A stretch of 64,000 nt of DNA from Paraphysomonas bandaiensis (taxonomy: Eukaryota > Protista > Chrysophyceae), in the NCBI GenBank assembly GCA_965644295.1, contig CBFFRP010000378.1:434001-498000 (forward strand). The letters are read 5' to 3'. A model generated the notes under the pieces. That model worked only from the letters and a program-made list of their open reading frames with translations, had not been told where the DNA came from and did no database searches. Each line of letters starts with the position of its first letter. Positions within the stretch are counted from its first letter, which is position 1. Shown in pieces: positions 13,469 through 24,491 of this stretch. Both the position numbers and the translations under genes were made by a program.

Positions 13469-16400
13469 TCAGTCAGATACCCATCCTTCATCTTCTTCAC
13501 TTTCAGCTTCTTCCATTTGAGTAACTGCGCAGACAAACTTCAGTACAAAACTAAAACTATACGGGATAACGCATACAATTGCAGAACAAATTCGACAAAA
13601 AAATAAATAAGAGCTTTTAGAACTTACACTTTCTCAGATTACCCATACGCTGCTTAAACGTGGCCACCATTTCATCTGTGGTTTGCGCCTGGTTTTTCTT
13701 GTATTGGTCGAATGCGTTCAGTACTTGACCAGGAGTGACTCCTGTCGAGGTCTCGACTGGCGTATCTGCGGCGGCTGGCTGAACCGCTTTGGCTTTCTTT
13801 TGCGCCACTCTTTGCTTCTCATCAGCAGCTTTCTTTGCTTTTTCTTTCTTTTCGTTCTAAATTCATACTTAGTCAGTGCTAAATTATACTTGCAATGGTA
13901 CAACACCTCTTCCCTCCATTCCTCCATATCAGTCAAACATTTCTTATACAGCAATGCGAATCGAGTCATTAAATCAAAAAACATCTGGTTTACATCGTCG
14001 CCTCCTTGTGCTTCAGCTTTGTCACCAAAAAACTTACGAATGTCATCGGCTTCCTTTCTGACCTCACCCATTGTATCATGTATAATTCGAACCCTATATG
14101 CAGCATACATAAAAACACTACGTCAAAAATATACAAAGCAAACCTAATTTCAGCGTCTCCAATGAAGTCAACTGCATTACTACGTCAGAGTCATATCTAA
14201 AAAACAGATTAAATATACCTAGCATGTTTCTGAGAGGAACACGAATGTCATCATCAGAAATTTCAACACTTGCCACTAACTCTACTCAGAAGAAATTAAA
14301 GTAACATTAGGAACATTCGATCAAGCGCACCATTCTTTGCGTCGGTCACTTGCGCTTCCAAATTTTTTAAGTCAATTTCCATTTGAGATAGTGACAACTA
14401 CACATCACCGTATTATATTTTGGCTACGACGTTGCGTGATATCTATACCTTTGGCGCCTGCCACACAGAGAGCCACTGTCCGTAAAAAGGAGAGTCATTG
14501 GGATACTTTTTGCCATGCTGCTGGACAACAAAATGCATCAAACTCTCTTTTTTGGAACCTGTTTTCTTGATGTTGACAAGTTTCATCTGTATTATAAATA
14601 CATATAATGAGATACTTGTTGGTGCACAGAAGCCGTAAATAAATACCAATGCATCCAGTTTCATTCCGTGAGCTTGACCACGAGACGTTCCGCCATTCAT
14701 ATAGTTTCCTACATCAGTGTTTTATACAGCAATATATTAGCCACGTTTCAATCATACCAACTGCGAGGATGAGAGACAACACATGCTTCAACGATTCTTC
14801 GCATTCAGGTCGCTTAAACTCCGTGACTACAACAGTACAGAAAATGAGAGGGAGTAGTAGAATGTACTTTTACAAATTTCACTCACTTGCGTTGGAAAGA
14901 ATCTCTAAATCTTCCCACACCTTATCCGCGTTGTCTTCCCAGACGAGAATTGCAGAATGCAGCTTAAGCCTTTTCTCAAGCCTTGGAATATCCACAAGAT
15001 GCAAAAACAGCCTTAATTATTAGAGTACTTGTGAGCACACTTCCGCTGTCACGGTTTAAACATTACCTTCCTGGAGTATCTAACTCATGCACATTTCCGT
15101 CAAAAGCCTTATAACAAGGTTAATTAAAAATTCGAGTTGTCTCCAGTTATATATACCCTAACAAGTGCGGTCTCTTCCGAGGTAGGAACAAGTGGAATTA
15201 AGGTTTCTATAAAAACGTATATAACGAAAATGAGAGTTGTATTCATAAATGTTTTACCAACAATATCATGCGTCAGCACAGCAGGATCGAGGTCAACTAT
15301 CATTTGCGCAATTGCTACAATCCATATCAAATTAATACTGATCAAGACAAAACTGGCACACGAAACCTTGAGGCTGCATTCTTAACCTTCCACAAGCGAT
15401 CGATACATTCTATATTCCCCACCTTAAGAATAAAATAGATTGACGTATTTAACTGACCTGCGTACGCTTTCCATCAAAAAGAGATATGAACTTGGGCTTC
15501 TGTTTCTTGACAACAGCGGTTGCACTAGATTCTATTAACAAATAAAAGAAAGTAAATCCTAAAAAAACTACACACACAAACAGACCCTTCGATTTATTAG
15601 AAGACTCGTCAGAAAATCCATTCTCAAGTTCATCAAACGGTAACACAGGCTCTTCAATGGTAGCCCATACTGTTGCGGCAGCCTACATCTGCGTAAGAGT
15701 AAAACGCATGAGAACGACAGTTACCTCTGCAGCTTTCAACTTGGTCCAAAATAACCCCTTCATTTTCTTTTTAGGTGCAAGCTTTGGCTTTGACGGTAAC
15801 CCTAATATGCACATAAACACTTGCTGAAGTGGACTAGAGTATTACCAGTGTTGGATGTCCCTGCAGGCGCCTGTCCAGGTAATGGCGGAGCGACCCCAGA
15901 TGTGTTGCCGACCTGACCAGGAAGTGGTGGAGGAGGAGGAATATCCCGAGAGCTCTTCACTGCTGGCTTGGTCTGAACTACAGCAGCTGAAGGTGGAGGG
16001 CCAGTGCCTCGACCGACACCGCGACCAGCAAGCTGTAAAATTGCCAGATTTAAACTCAGTTACTGAGGAAAGTATATCATACCATGGCTGCCATTGCAGC
16101 CCCTGCCCCTCCTGAACTAACTCCTCGTCCAGCACCACCACGTCCGCCACCACCACGTCCACCTGATCCCCCGCCTCTTCCAGCAAGCTGCATTATAACA
16201 ATACATCAACCTGAAAAATGAAACGTGTGCACAAGTACCATGGCTTGCATTGCAGCAGCAGCGCCACCCCGTCCTGAGTTGTCTGACCCTGCTGTAGTCG
16301 GGGCTGCGGGAGGTGGAGAACCACGTTGAGCAAATAATCCGGACAATGCGGCCTTCGCGTCAGCTTTAGAGGTACTCTCCTCGGTTACTGGAGTAGCAGG

Positions 16401-19400
16401 TGCTGCTACACTGGTTGCCCCATCTGATCACAGATACAACTTACAAAGCTTCAAAGTAATTCATATGTAATACCAGTCTCAGCAGGCATCGGCATTTTGG
16501 ACTCTTCACCACCCTGATTCTTAGCTTGTTCCATTTTCTCTGCACAATAAAATTAGAATCCTTCACTGTAATACGTGTTACCTACGTCGCTTGGCTGCAT
16601 CCAAAAGACTTCGCCAGACCTTTCGTTGTCCTCCAGATTGTGAACTTTGCTAAGACAATGTCACAACCATTATCATACAGCACTAGTATATACCAGTTGC
16701 TTTCTCAATGCCTCGTTTTCAGCTTTCAAGACCTCCAACTCTACGAGAAGTGGAGGCATAATAAAATCACGAAACCATAATTTGAAGATGCACCTGTCCG
16801 AATGCTGGGGTCTTGAATACCAGACATCGTTACTTTCGGTTTAGCAGCTTTCTATAGTTGAGAATTCCTTATGAATACATAATTTCTTTCTCCCTCACAC
16901 ACATACCTTGCGAGTAGTGCCTTTCTTGGCAGATAACTGATATTCGAAAGCATTTAGAGAGTTAACAAAATACAGTATATGGCTTACCAAACGAATATTA
17001 GCTAAAGTGCTATCAAGAAACCCAATGCCTGGAAATACACCAACCATAAATTATAGTTTCTCGTGGAAGATTCTTACCATCATCGCTGCTAGCAGGGAGT
17101 ATAGCCAATTCCTTGTAACAAAGGTAAATGAAATATATTAAGTTTTCATCGCTAGTACCTGAAGCATCATTCGCAGCTTTTCATCGTGGCCAACAGTTTG
17201 TAGTTCGAACTTTACATATCTGTTGGTGCATATAAAATACATACGAATGCGATTAACAAGATATACCTCGACAGATCAACGATCTGGTTAAAAGCACTAT
17301 TGGAACACGCCAAGACAATCATTTCTTTGTCTTCAGTTTCAATGCGCTTGAATATATCCAACTACATGGTGCGTATTATACGGGCCCCTCATGATTACAT
17401 AAAATTCTTGTTCCTTACCTGCTTTTTAAACTCGGCTTGGGCAGAAATGATATCTTCACGGGAAGTTTCCTTATTCTCTAGCCTTCGGTAATACAGTGTT
17501 ATTGGCAACAATCAAAGTATATACATTTTTGTGTACGGACTTGTAAGCCGTTCGTGCTTTGCCTGCAGCTTGCATGGAAGCATTTAACGCAACCACCCAC
17601 TTTTCTTTCGTTATCTTGTCTGCGACCTATAAACGGCATCAGAAACCGACAAAATAGAAAGCTTATCCACACACCCCAAGGTTATATTTGGTACCATCCG
17701 AGCAAGAAATAACAAAACAATGTGTGAATAGAGCCTGTCATATATAAATTAACAAGCTTCATAGGTATAGGCTACCAAGACCTGAATATTTTCAGCGGTG
17801 GAGTAGCTAAGAATTTCCACAACACGTGACATGGGCTGGCTACCATTAGGGGCACAGTTAATGTCCTATGATAGTAACACATTATCATTGCTGCAAGATA
17901 CAAATTTATTCATGATAACCTTCTCACGGTCTTCTACATGATACCTACATAAAACATACATATGAGTCAATATAAATTACAGCTGCAGCGCACTCACCAA
18001 GAAAATACACCATCAACAAGTTGATACCAGCGATGTTTCACACCCTATTAATCGTCAAAAACGTAAACCAGATATCGTAGAATAAGGAGTGGCAATATAT
18101 AAACGGGGCCATCTCACATCTTTTGACTTCTTGGCTTCCCAACAGTATCCTGCCATAACTCCATGCCCAGGATATATTTCAGTGATACTGAAAAAAATGA
18201 GACGACATTGAAAAATACACAGCACAACTCACCCGTCTTCGGCAATGCCGCGTGTAATGTCATTGTACGAGATTTTCATTCCCGCTTGAAATCTACACAA
18301 AATACGTAACGGATGAATAAATGCGAAACTTGTTTTCTAACTTGATAGTTTTCGGGATTTCGTGTTGCTTTTGCTCGGCAGTAGATATGCGTCTTCCAAA
18401 AGCCTTTCCTTGCGCATCACCACTGTACTCACGAAAACTGGACAGTACACCAGAAAGCACCTAAAACGAGCCACGCGTCAAAAATATAATATATTCATGA
18501 ACAACTTACGTCATGAATGTTTACAGCAAGCAAATCATTGCGAGTCGATATTCGCTGTTCCAAATCTACACAACATTGTTACACCACCATCGTAGGCATG
18601 AATGGCGATCACATACCAGTATCGTGATTGATTATTGCATTCATAAGACCAATTATGGCAGCTTGAACTTCAGCATCCTGATACACGCAAAATGACAGGA
18701 GAAATATATAAACATTTAAGCATCGAACCTCTGTCGTTAGTGCATTGGCTAGAATGGCATAAGGTAACTCGTTTCTACCACACAACACATTACCAGATTC
18801 AGAACAAAGCTATACGGTACCTCTTTCGTGCAAGATGACGGAACCCCATCACAGTCTGCCAGACAGCTTCACTTTCTCCAAAAGAACAAACCACCGATAA
18901 CAGATTCAACACCTAGTACATAGTGTGACCACCATTAGAATTCAACATCTTATCCCAATGCTTCCAACCCATGATATCAATGCAACAAAACAACATAATA
19001 ACGCGCAAATTCAATATATAACCACCACAGTTATTTACAGTGAACAAACCTCCATCGCAAGGGGCTTATATTCAAATCGAAGTGACATAACAAACGCATC
19101 AATTGCGCCTGGAAATATTATCAGCTGATTGACAACGATACAGGTCAAAAAATCCACGACATGTACCTCTAGTGTCGATAGCTGTCTTGATGCCGCCTTC
19201 TTTCATAATGTGTATTCTGATACAGAATTTAAAAAACGCATAACTACAGAAAACACTGTAACCCACAGGCAGAGTAGCAATTGATGTAGTGCTGCGGCAT
19301 CCGTTTCCTCCAGCGGCTCCTGGAACATATTTAGAACGATAATACCACGCTGAGAGAGTAATACTACACAAAGCCGACATCAACGTCCATGCTACTATGC

Positions 19401-20615
19401 AACCAACACACGGATCAGTACACTTTTCACCTTCTCAAGCCGATTATCCATGTTCTCCACTAGCACTGATATCCCTGATATTCAACCGACAATGACATCT
19501 TATTCTCGCATGATATGTATACACACCTCCAGACGTGCAGAAATTACTGAGCCAGTCTTCATTCGAGTGCTCTATGCGGTACTTGCACGTAAGAAGTCGA
19601 ATAGAGTCTATTGACCTCTCCGAGTCCATTATAGTTACCATTTCTTCATCTTCCTTCGAAAAATGGGGATGGTCGTCTAGGACACTGTACAAATTGTTAT
19701 GGAGAAATACTACACAATGCTATTCATTTACCATAGTGATCGCTGTACATGCTGAAACCTCTCCATAGGAGTGTAACTACTGCTTAGGGATTCACGGAGC
19801 GATTCAGTCACCTGTAGCTTTCGCAAGAGTTCCGCGAAGTAACCGTCAATCTCTTGCAACACGTCCGGATCAATCGGTTTCGGTTTCGGGTTTGCTTCGG
19901 AGTCAAACTCCTGCTTCTTCTTTTTTGCTTTTGCTTTAGCATCATTGTACTTATTGAGCTCTTTCTGATACTCCTCGAACATGCCCTCAATTGATTTGAG
20001 CCGAAGCAGCAGAGTTCGCTTCGGTTTTGGAGGATACGTTGCTGCCAGTGCAGAGACGAGCTCTTCTTTGTTCTTAAGAACCGTATAATCAATATTCTTC
20101 AACGTGCAAAAGTACTGCAGGTCCTCGATCTTGAAGCTGCTCAACAGAGTATGATCGGGAGGAGGCTGGGGACGATCTTTCTTGGGGAGTGGTAAGGTCG
20201 TGAGCTCCTTCCCTTTCGATCCGCTCTTATTTTCAGTACCAGTCACAGATTCAGTCGACAACTGCTTTGGTTCAGCATTTAAATCATTTGACTTTTCTTT
20301 GTCGGATGTCTGTACACCCTCCATGTCTGCATATGCAGTTGTGGGCATCTCTTGTGTATCACTCTTCATACCAGACAGAGTCTCAACAGACATATCTTGA
20401 GGGGACTCTTCCTTGCCATCATCTTGATTCATCTTAGTCTCATCACACTCTACCCCTTCAGATCCTTCTTCTTTACCAGATCCAGCAATTAACTGTATAG
20501 AAATGAATATATATTTATATAAACTATAAAATCAAATATATCTTACATTATTAATTTTTCTAGCCATTTTCGTCAAGCGAAACTTTCTTGGTTTTGATTT
20601 AGCTTCGTCTGACAT
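13469..20615 (-). CDS. Formin (GBD/FH3 - PH - coiled coil - FH1 - FH2), many small exons
   Basis: ATG at 20615 (MSDEAKSKPRKF). GBD-like HSNEDWLSNFCTSGG. PH-like RWYQLVDGVFSWY...EKWVVALN at ~17570-18170. Pro/Gly-rich FH1 at ~15850-16400. FH2 motifs PKKKMKGLFWTKL, ISLFDGKRTQ, NGGTSRGQAHGMKLDAL and SLMHFVV. TGA at 13469. Confidence 0.92.
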
Positions 20616-20996
20616 GGTAGTAAGATTAGTTACGTCTATTAGTAGAGGATATCCAGGTTATGCATGTAATGTGAATATTCGAGCTACCATAACACACAAT
20701 CTCGTTCGATCTTTTGTTTTTTTGTTGTATCATTGTACATACATACTACGACTTGTATGTATGTATATCCGTGTGTTTTCAGGTAATTCCACTAGTAAAA
20801 TTATCAACCGTACAGTCCGTCTACATATTGTATATTTTTCTGCTATCCGTATTCCTCAACTGAAATATCCCTCATATGGGATAAAATACTTCTTAAAGTG
20901 ATTGATATCTCGTTAGAACTCTTCACGAATTCGCCTTCACCAAGAAACAGACTCCTTTAACTATCTTTTCACATTATTTCTATTGCATCCCTTGAG
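20616..20996. promoter_or_regulatory. Probable bidirectional promoter between the formin and NAA80-ACTMAP genes
   Basis: 381 bp separates two divergent ATGs. Inferred from geometry only. Confidence 0.5.
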
Positions 20997-22385
20997 ATGC
21001 CATTGCAATTAGTGGACTGTAAGAGTGTATCAGATGATGTGTTGTATGATGCAGCCGAGTTGTTGTCATCTTATTGGACAGGATCGATTGCTACAAGAAA
21101 ACATCAGATGCTAAGCAACACTGGAAGTTATGTATTTGTTAAGGAGGATAATAACGACAATCATCCCCAACAAAAGGGAATAGGTCATGTAAAAGTTATA
21201 CCATACAGTGCAACTGGTGATGATGCATTCGGTCCTTGTCTCTGTGGAGTAGTAACATCCGTTATCATTGCAGAGGAATATCGTGGTCAAGGTTATGGAT
21301 ATCGTCTTATGCAGATGTTAGAGGATGTGGCCATCAACCTTGGCTATTGCTTCCTGTACTTGTGGACCAGTGACGCTGTCGAGTTTTATTTGAAAGTTGG
21401 CTATCGCAGATGTGAAAGGGTTCACGAAGCTGTGTCTGCTTTGAAATCAATGAGTTCAACCTCCATATCTAAGTTGGAAAGTATGATATCCAATAAGGCA
21501 GCCGTGGTACTTGATTTGGATGGTGCGGGTGGCACTATGTCCACTGTGTACATGAAGAAACGTATCAGAGATGAGGTTCCGCTGGAACCCTGGACTATAA
21601 GCGAGTTGAGAGCCCAATTAGTCGACGATATTTCTCCGTTAGTAAAGAAAGACAACCTATTTGTTGATGTAAATATAAATCATGTTCCATGGGGGAGACA
21701 AGTTGGACCGTCTTGTGGTATACAAGCGCTTCGAATGACAGCAGCTTATCTTAATCGTTCAACTTTATCGCCAAGTAAGTCCCTTCTACAAGAGGCTATC
21801 GATAAAGGATACAGTTCAGAGGGTGAAATATTTGATATCAATCATATATCAGCACTTGCTGTCTCCATTCACCTGTCTGCTAGGGTATGTCCACTCTCTG
21901 TACTAGGTTTTAATGGGATCCGTGATTTGCTCTCCACCTCTCCAAAGTCAGTTATAATATTACCATACGACAAAGGCCCGTCTTGTGAGCCATGCACTGA
22001 GGGTGGACGGCGCGCACACTATGCAGTGATATGCGGTGCAGCATGTCGGTACTCTGCTGATGTAGTCGGATGTAGTCGCGATGAACGTGTTCGTGTGATT
22101 ATAGATAGTGATAATGCCATCCAGGACTGGCCACATGATAATTCAACCGAACAATCGAACGAATTCTTAATTGCGCTACAAGGGCTGTCAAAGCGCCCCA
22201 TTATTGCATCGTATTCACAATGGAAAGAGTCTAATGCACAGCTTTTTGACAATTCTCTTTGCAAAGACAGTTCTACAATTGATGATAGAGGTAAATTGGC
22301 TAGGCAAAACATAGCGAACAGCAAGTGGATGATTCCTACTGCGGGGCCTAACCTTTCAGGAATGTGTGTTATTGTGTCTTCATAA
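20997..22385 (+). CDS. Fusion of NAA80-like GNAT actin N-terminal acetyltransferase and ACTMAP (C19orf54)-like actin maturation cysteine protease
   Basis: Single 462-aa ORF. N-half: DAAELLSSYW..S.ATR, IGHVKV, VTSVIIAEEYRGQGYGYRLM, LYLWTSDAVEFYLKVGY, TVYMKKRI. C-half: QVGPSCG.QALRM, LLQEAIDKGYSSEGEIF, ILPYD...EPC..GG.RAHYAVI.G, LQGLSK, KESNAQL, NLSGMCVIV. Confidence 0.85.
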   Translation: MPLQLVDCKSVSDDVLYDAAELLSSYWTGSIATRKHQMLSNTGSYVFVKEDNNDNHPQQKGIGHVKVIPYSATGDDAFGPCLCGVVTSVIIAEEYRGQGYGYRLMQMLEDVAINLGYCFLYLWTSDAVEFYLKVGYRRCERVHEAVSALKSMSSTSISKLESMISNKAAVVLDLDGAGGTMSTVYMKKRIRDEVPLEPWTISELRAQLVDDISPLVKKDNLFVDVNINHVPWGRQVGPSCGIQALRMTAAYLNRSTLSPSKSLLQEAIDKGYSSEGEIFDINHISALAVSIHLSARVCPLSVLGFNGIRDLLSTSPKSVIILPYDKGPSCEPCTEGGRRAHYAVICGAACRYSADVVGCSRDERVRVIIDSDNAIQDWPHDNSTEQSNEFLIALQGLSKRPIIASYSQWKESNAQLFDNSLCKDSSTIDDRGKLARQNIANSKWMIPTAGPNLSGMCVIVSS

Positions 22386-23136
22386 ATTTTAATCCAATAT
22401 AGCGATTAGTATTCATTATACTCTTCTCTGCAGTACATATGTACGTACTGGCATACTGGAGTGTCGGGCCGAAAACTATCGAAAATTGAATATTATATTC
22501 TCAACTTTACGAAGAATTACTATGGGCACAGATATAGAAGTAATTTATGTGTTCATTTTATACGGATGAATATTAAATAAAGAACTATTACTATATTTCT
22601 AAAGGTAGTACCACTGGTAGCTTTGTTCTTTGTATATTGTAGAATCATTTTGCCGAATATTTTACTTTCCACTCTTATAACATAACACTCTTAGAATACG
22701 GGAAGAATTTTTTTATACTGAATATACACTACACAACTAGCAGAATAATATGCTCCATAACATCATAACATATTGTCAGTGGGACTACAAACAAAACACT
22801 CAAGAGGAATGAGAAGGTTAGCACGTATTATTACACACCAATGTATTTAAAAGACTAAGATTGGGTATGTTTCGCAAACATGTGACTTGTAAGTATACTC
22901 GAATGAGACGGGAAATATTATTCAACCTAGTCAAATTGGTTGAATTACCTAATCACACTATTTTTGGTGGAATAACCTAGTCAAAGTAATAAATGATTCA
23001 ACCTAGTCATTTTTTTTAAATAATAAGGATCTCTTGTAAATTATGTCACAAGCTCACAACAACACGTTGCCTAATAGTCACACAGATAAGACGATTCCTA
23101 ACTATATAATCCACTTGCATCTCTGTGTTTATCATC

Positions 23137-24118
23137 TCAAGCGGAGGAAGATGCAATGTCGGCGATGTTGCTTTTGTTCGACGCGATGCGCCTCTCCAAG
23201 TACTCCTTTCTGCCCTCCAAGTCCCTCTGGGTCTTGCTGAGCTTCTCACTCTCTTTCTGCAGGAAGGTTTCAATCGAGTCCCTGGGCTCGCGGAGGAATG
23301 CCTTGCCTACTGTGCGGTATAGGGGAGTTTCAGCGTCATACGTGTCAATCTGCTGTTTAGTCACAAGATTGGAACGGAGATCACGCTGGCAGGAGGCAAG
23401 GGACCCCTGCACACCGCGGAGATCGCGAGCATAATTTGAGGTCTGCTCCTGGAGCTCCATCAACTGTTCACATATTCAGTGCACACATAAGTTGGGAAAA
23501 CATTTAAGAAAAATTTCAAATCAATAAAATCTACGAACCTCACGGCGCTGGGACTCATCCAGCTGTCTTGGGGCACGAGCCTTCTGCTTCGTAAGGGCTG
23601 CCTTTTTAGCCCGTACCACACGGAGCTGCTTCTGCAACTGCTCGTTTTCTATTGCACATCCACACCAGCATAATGATAAGGGTAGACTAGGAATTTATGT
23701 ACGGCACCTGAATCTATTCTGAGGGCCTCCTGAAGAACTTTCTGGGCATCGTCGAAATTGCCCAGCTCGGTGTGGGCAACAGCGAGACGGTAATATCCCT
23801 TAACAAAAGATGGGTTCTTACTGATACACGTGGATGCATCTTGAATAGCAGCATCCCATGCTTTCAAAGAAGAGTGACAAGCACTGCATTATCCATCAGT
23901 GATAGCCACGACTAATAGAGTAATAACAAACCTTCTATTCGAATAATAAATAGCATTTTCTGGGTCACAAGAAATAGCATTAGAATAGTGGCCGATAGCT
24001 TCTTCATAATTTTTGGAAGCAAATGCTTCATTTCCTAGTCTATTAATAGGGTTAGTTATATATATTACAGTCATTAACAGTTATGTGATACATACTTCTT
24101 GTGATCCTCTGCTGACAT
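23137..24118 (-). CDS. STI1/HOP-type TPR domain fused to beta-type prefoldin subunit (PFDN1-like), 5 exons
   Basis: Splices as MSAEDHK-LGNEAFASKNYEEAI..YYSNRSAC..KGYYRLA..DSENEQLQKQL..QRRE/LMELQ..LYRTVGKAFL..KEYLERRI. The two GT-AG junctions linking TPR to prefoldin (~23707 and ~23538) keep the frame. Confidence 0.85.
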
Positions 24119-24491
24119 GTCTTTATTTGCATCTGAATCCATTATAGTGGGTAAATTATTAATGTGGGTGTAGTTGATGGAAGGGTGTGATAAATGTTTG
24201 TGATTATGGTTCTATCGGGTGAATAGCATGTAACATACATGTATAGTGAGTGGATGATTATTGGTACAACAGCAGCTCCAGCTGTATGCAGAGTTGTGCG
24301 GTATGTGTATACATAGTGCAGAAGCAGTGTGTGATATGTATATATATGAACTGTATACAGCTGTATATACTGTATATAGGGTATAGTACCCCTCATACTG
24401 GCTGTTCACCGCGCACTCTATACGTACCAAAGCACGGGGGGTGTGTGTATGTATGTAAAGGGTGGGAGGGGTGGAGAGGCAGGCATGACAG

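Noticed and set aside
15842-16186. ORF-track proteins at 15842-16186 (-) and 15855-16115 (+)
   Set aside because: They are off-frame or antisense readings of the GC-rich formin FH1 exons.
24142-24480. Overlapping short ORFs rich in Y/I/H/T
   Set aside because: They arise from TA/TG-rich low-complexity promoter sequence with no coding signal.
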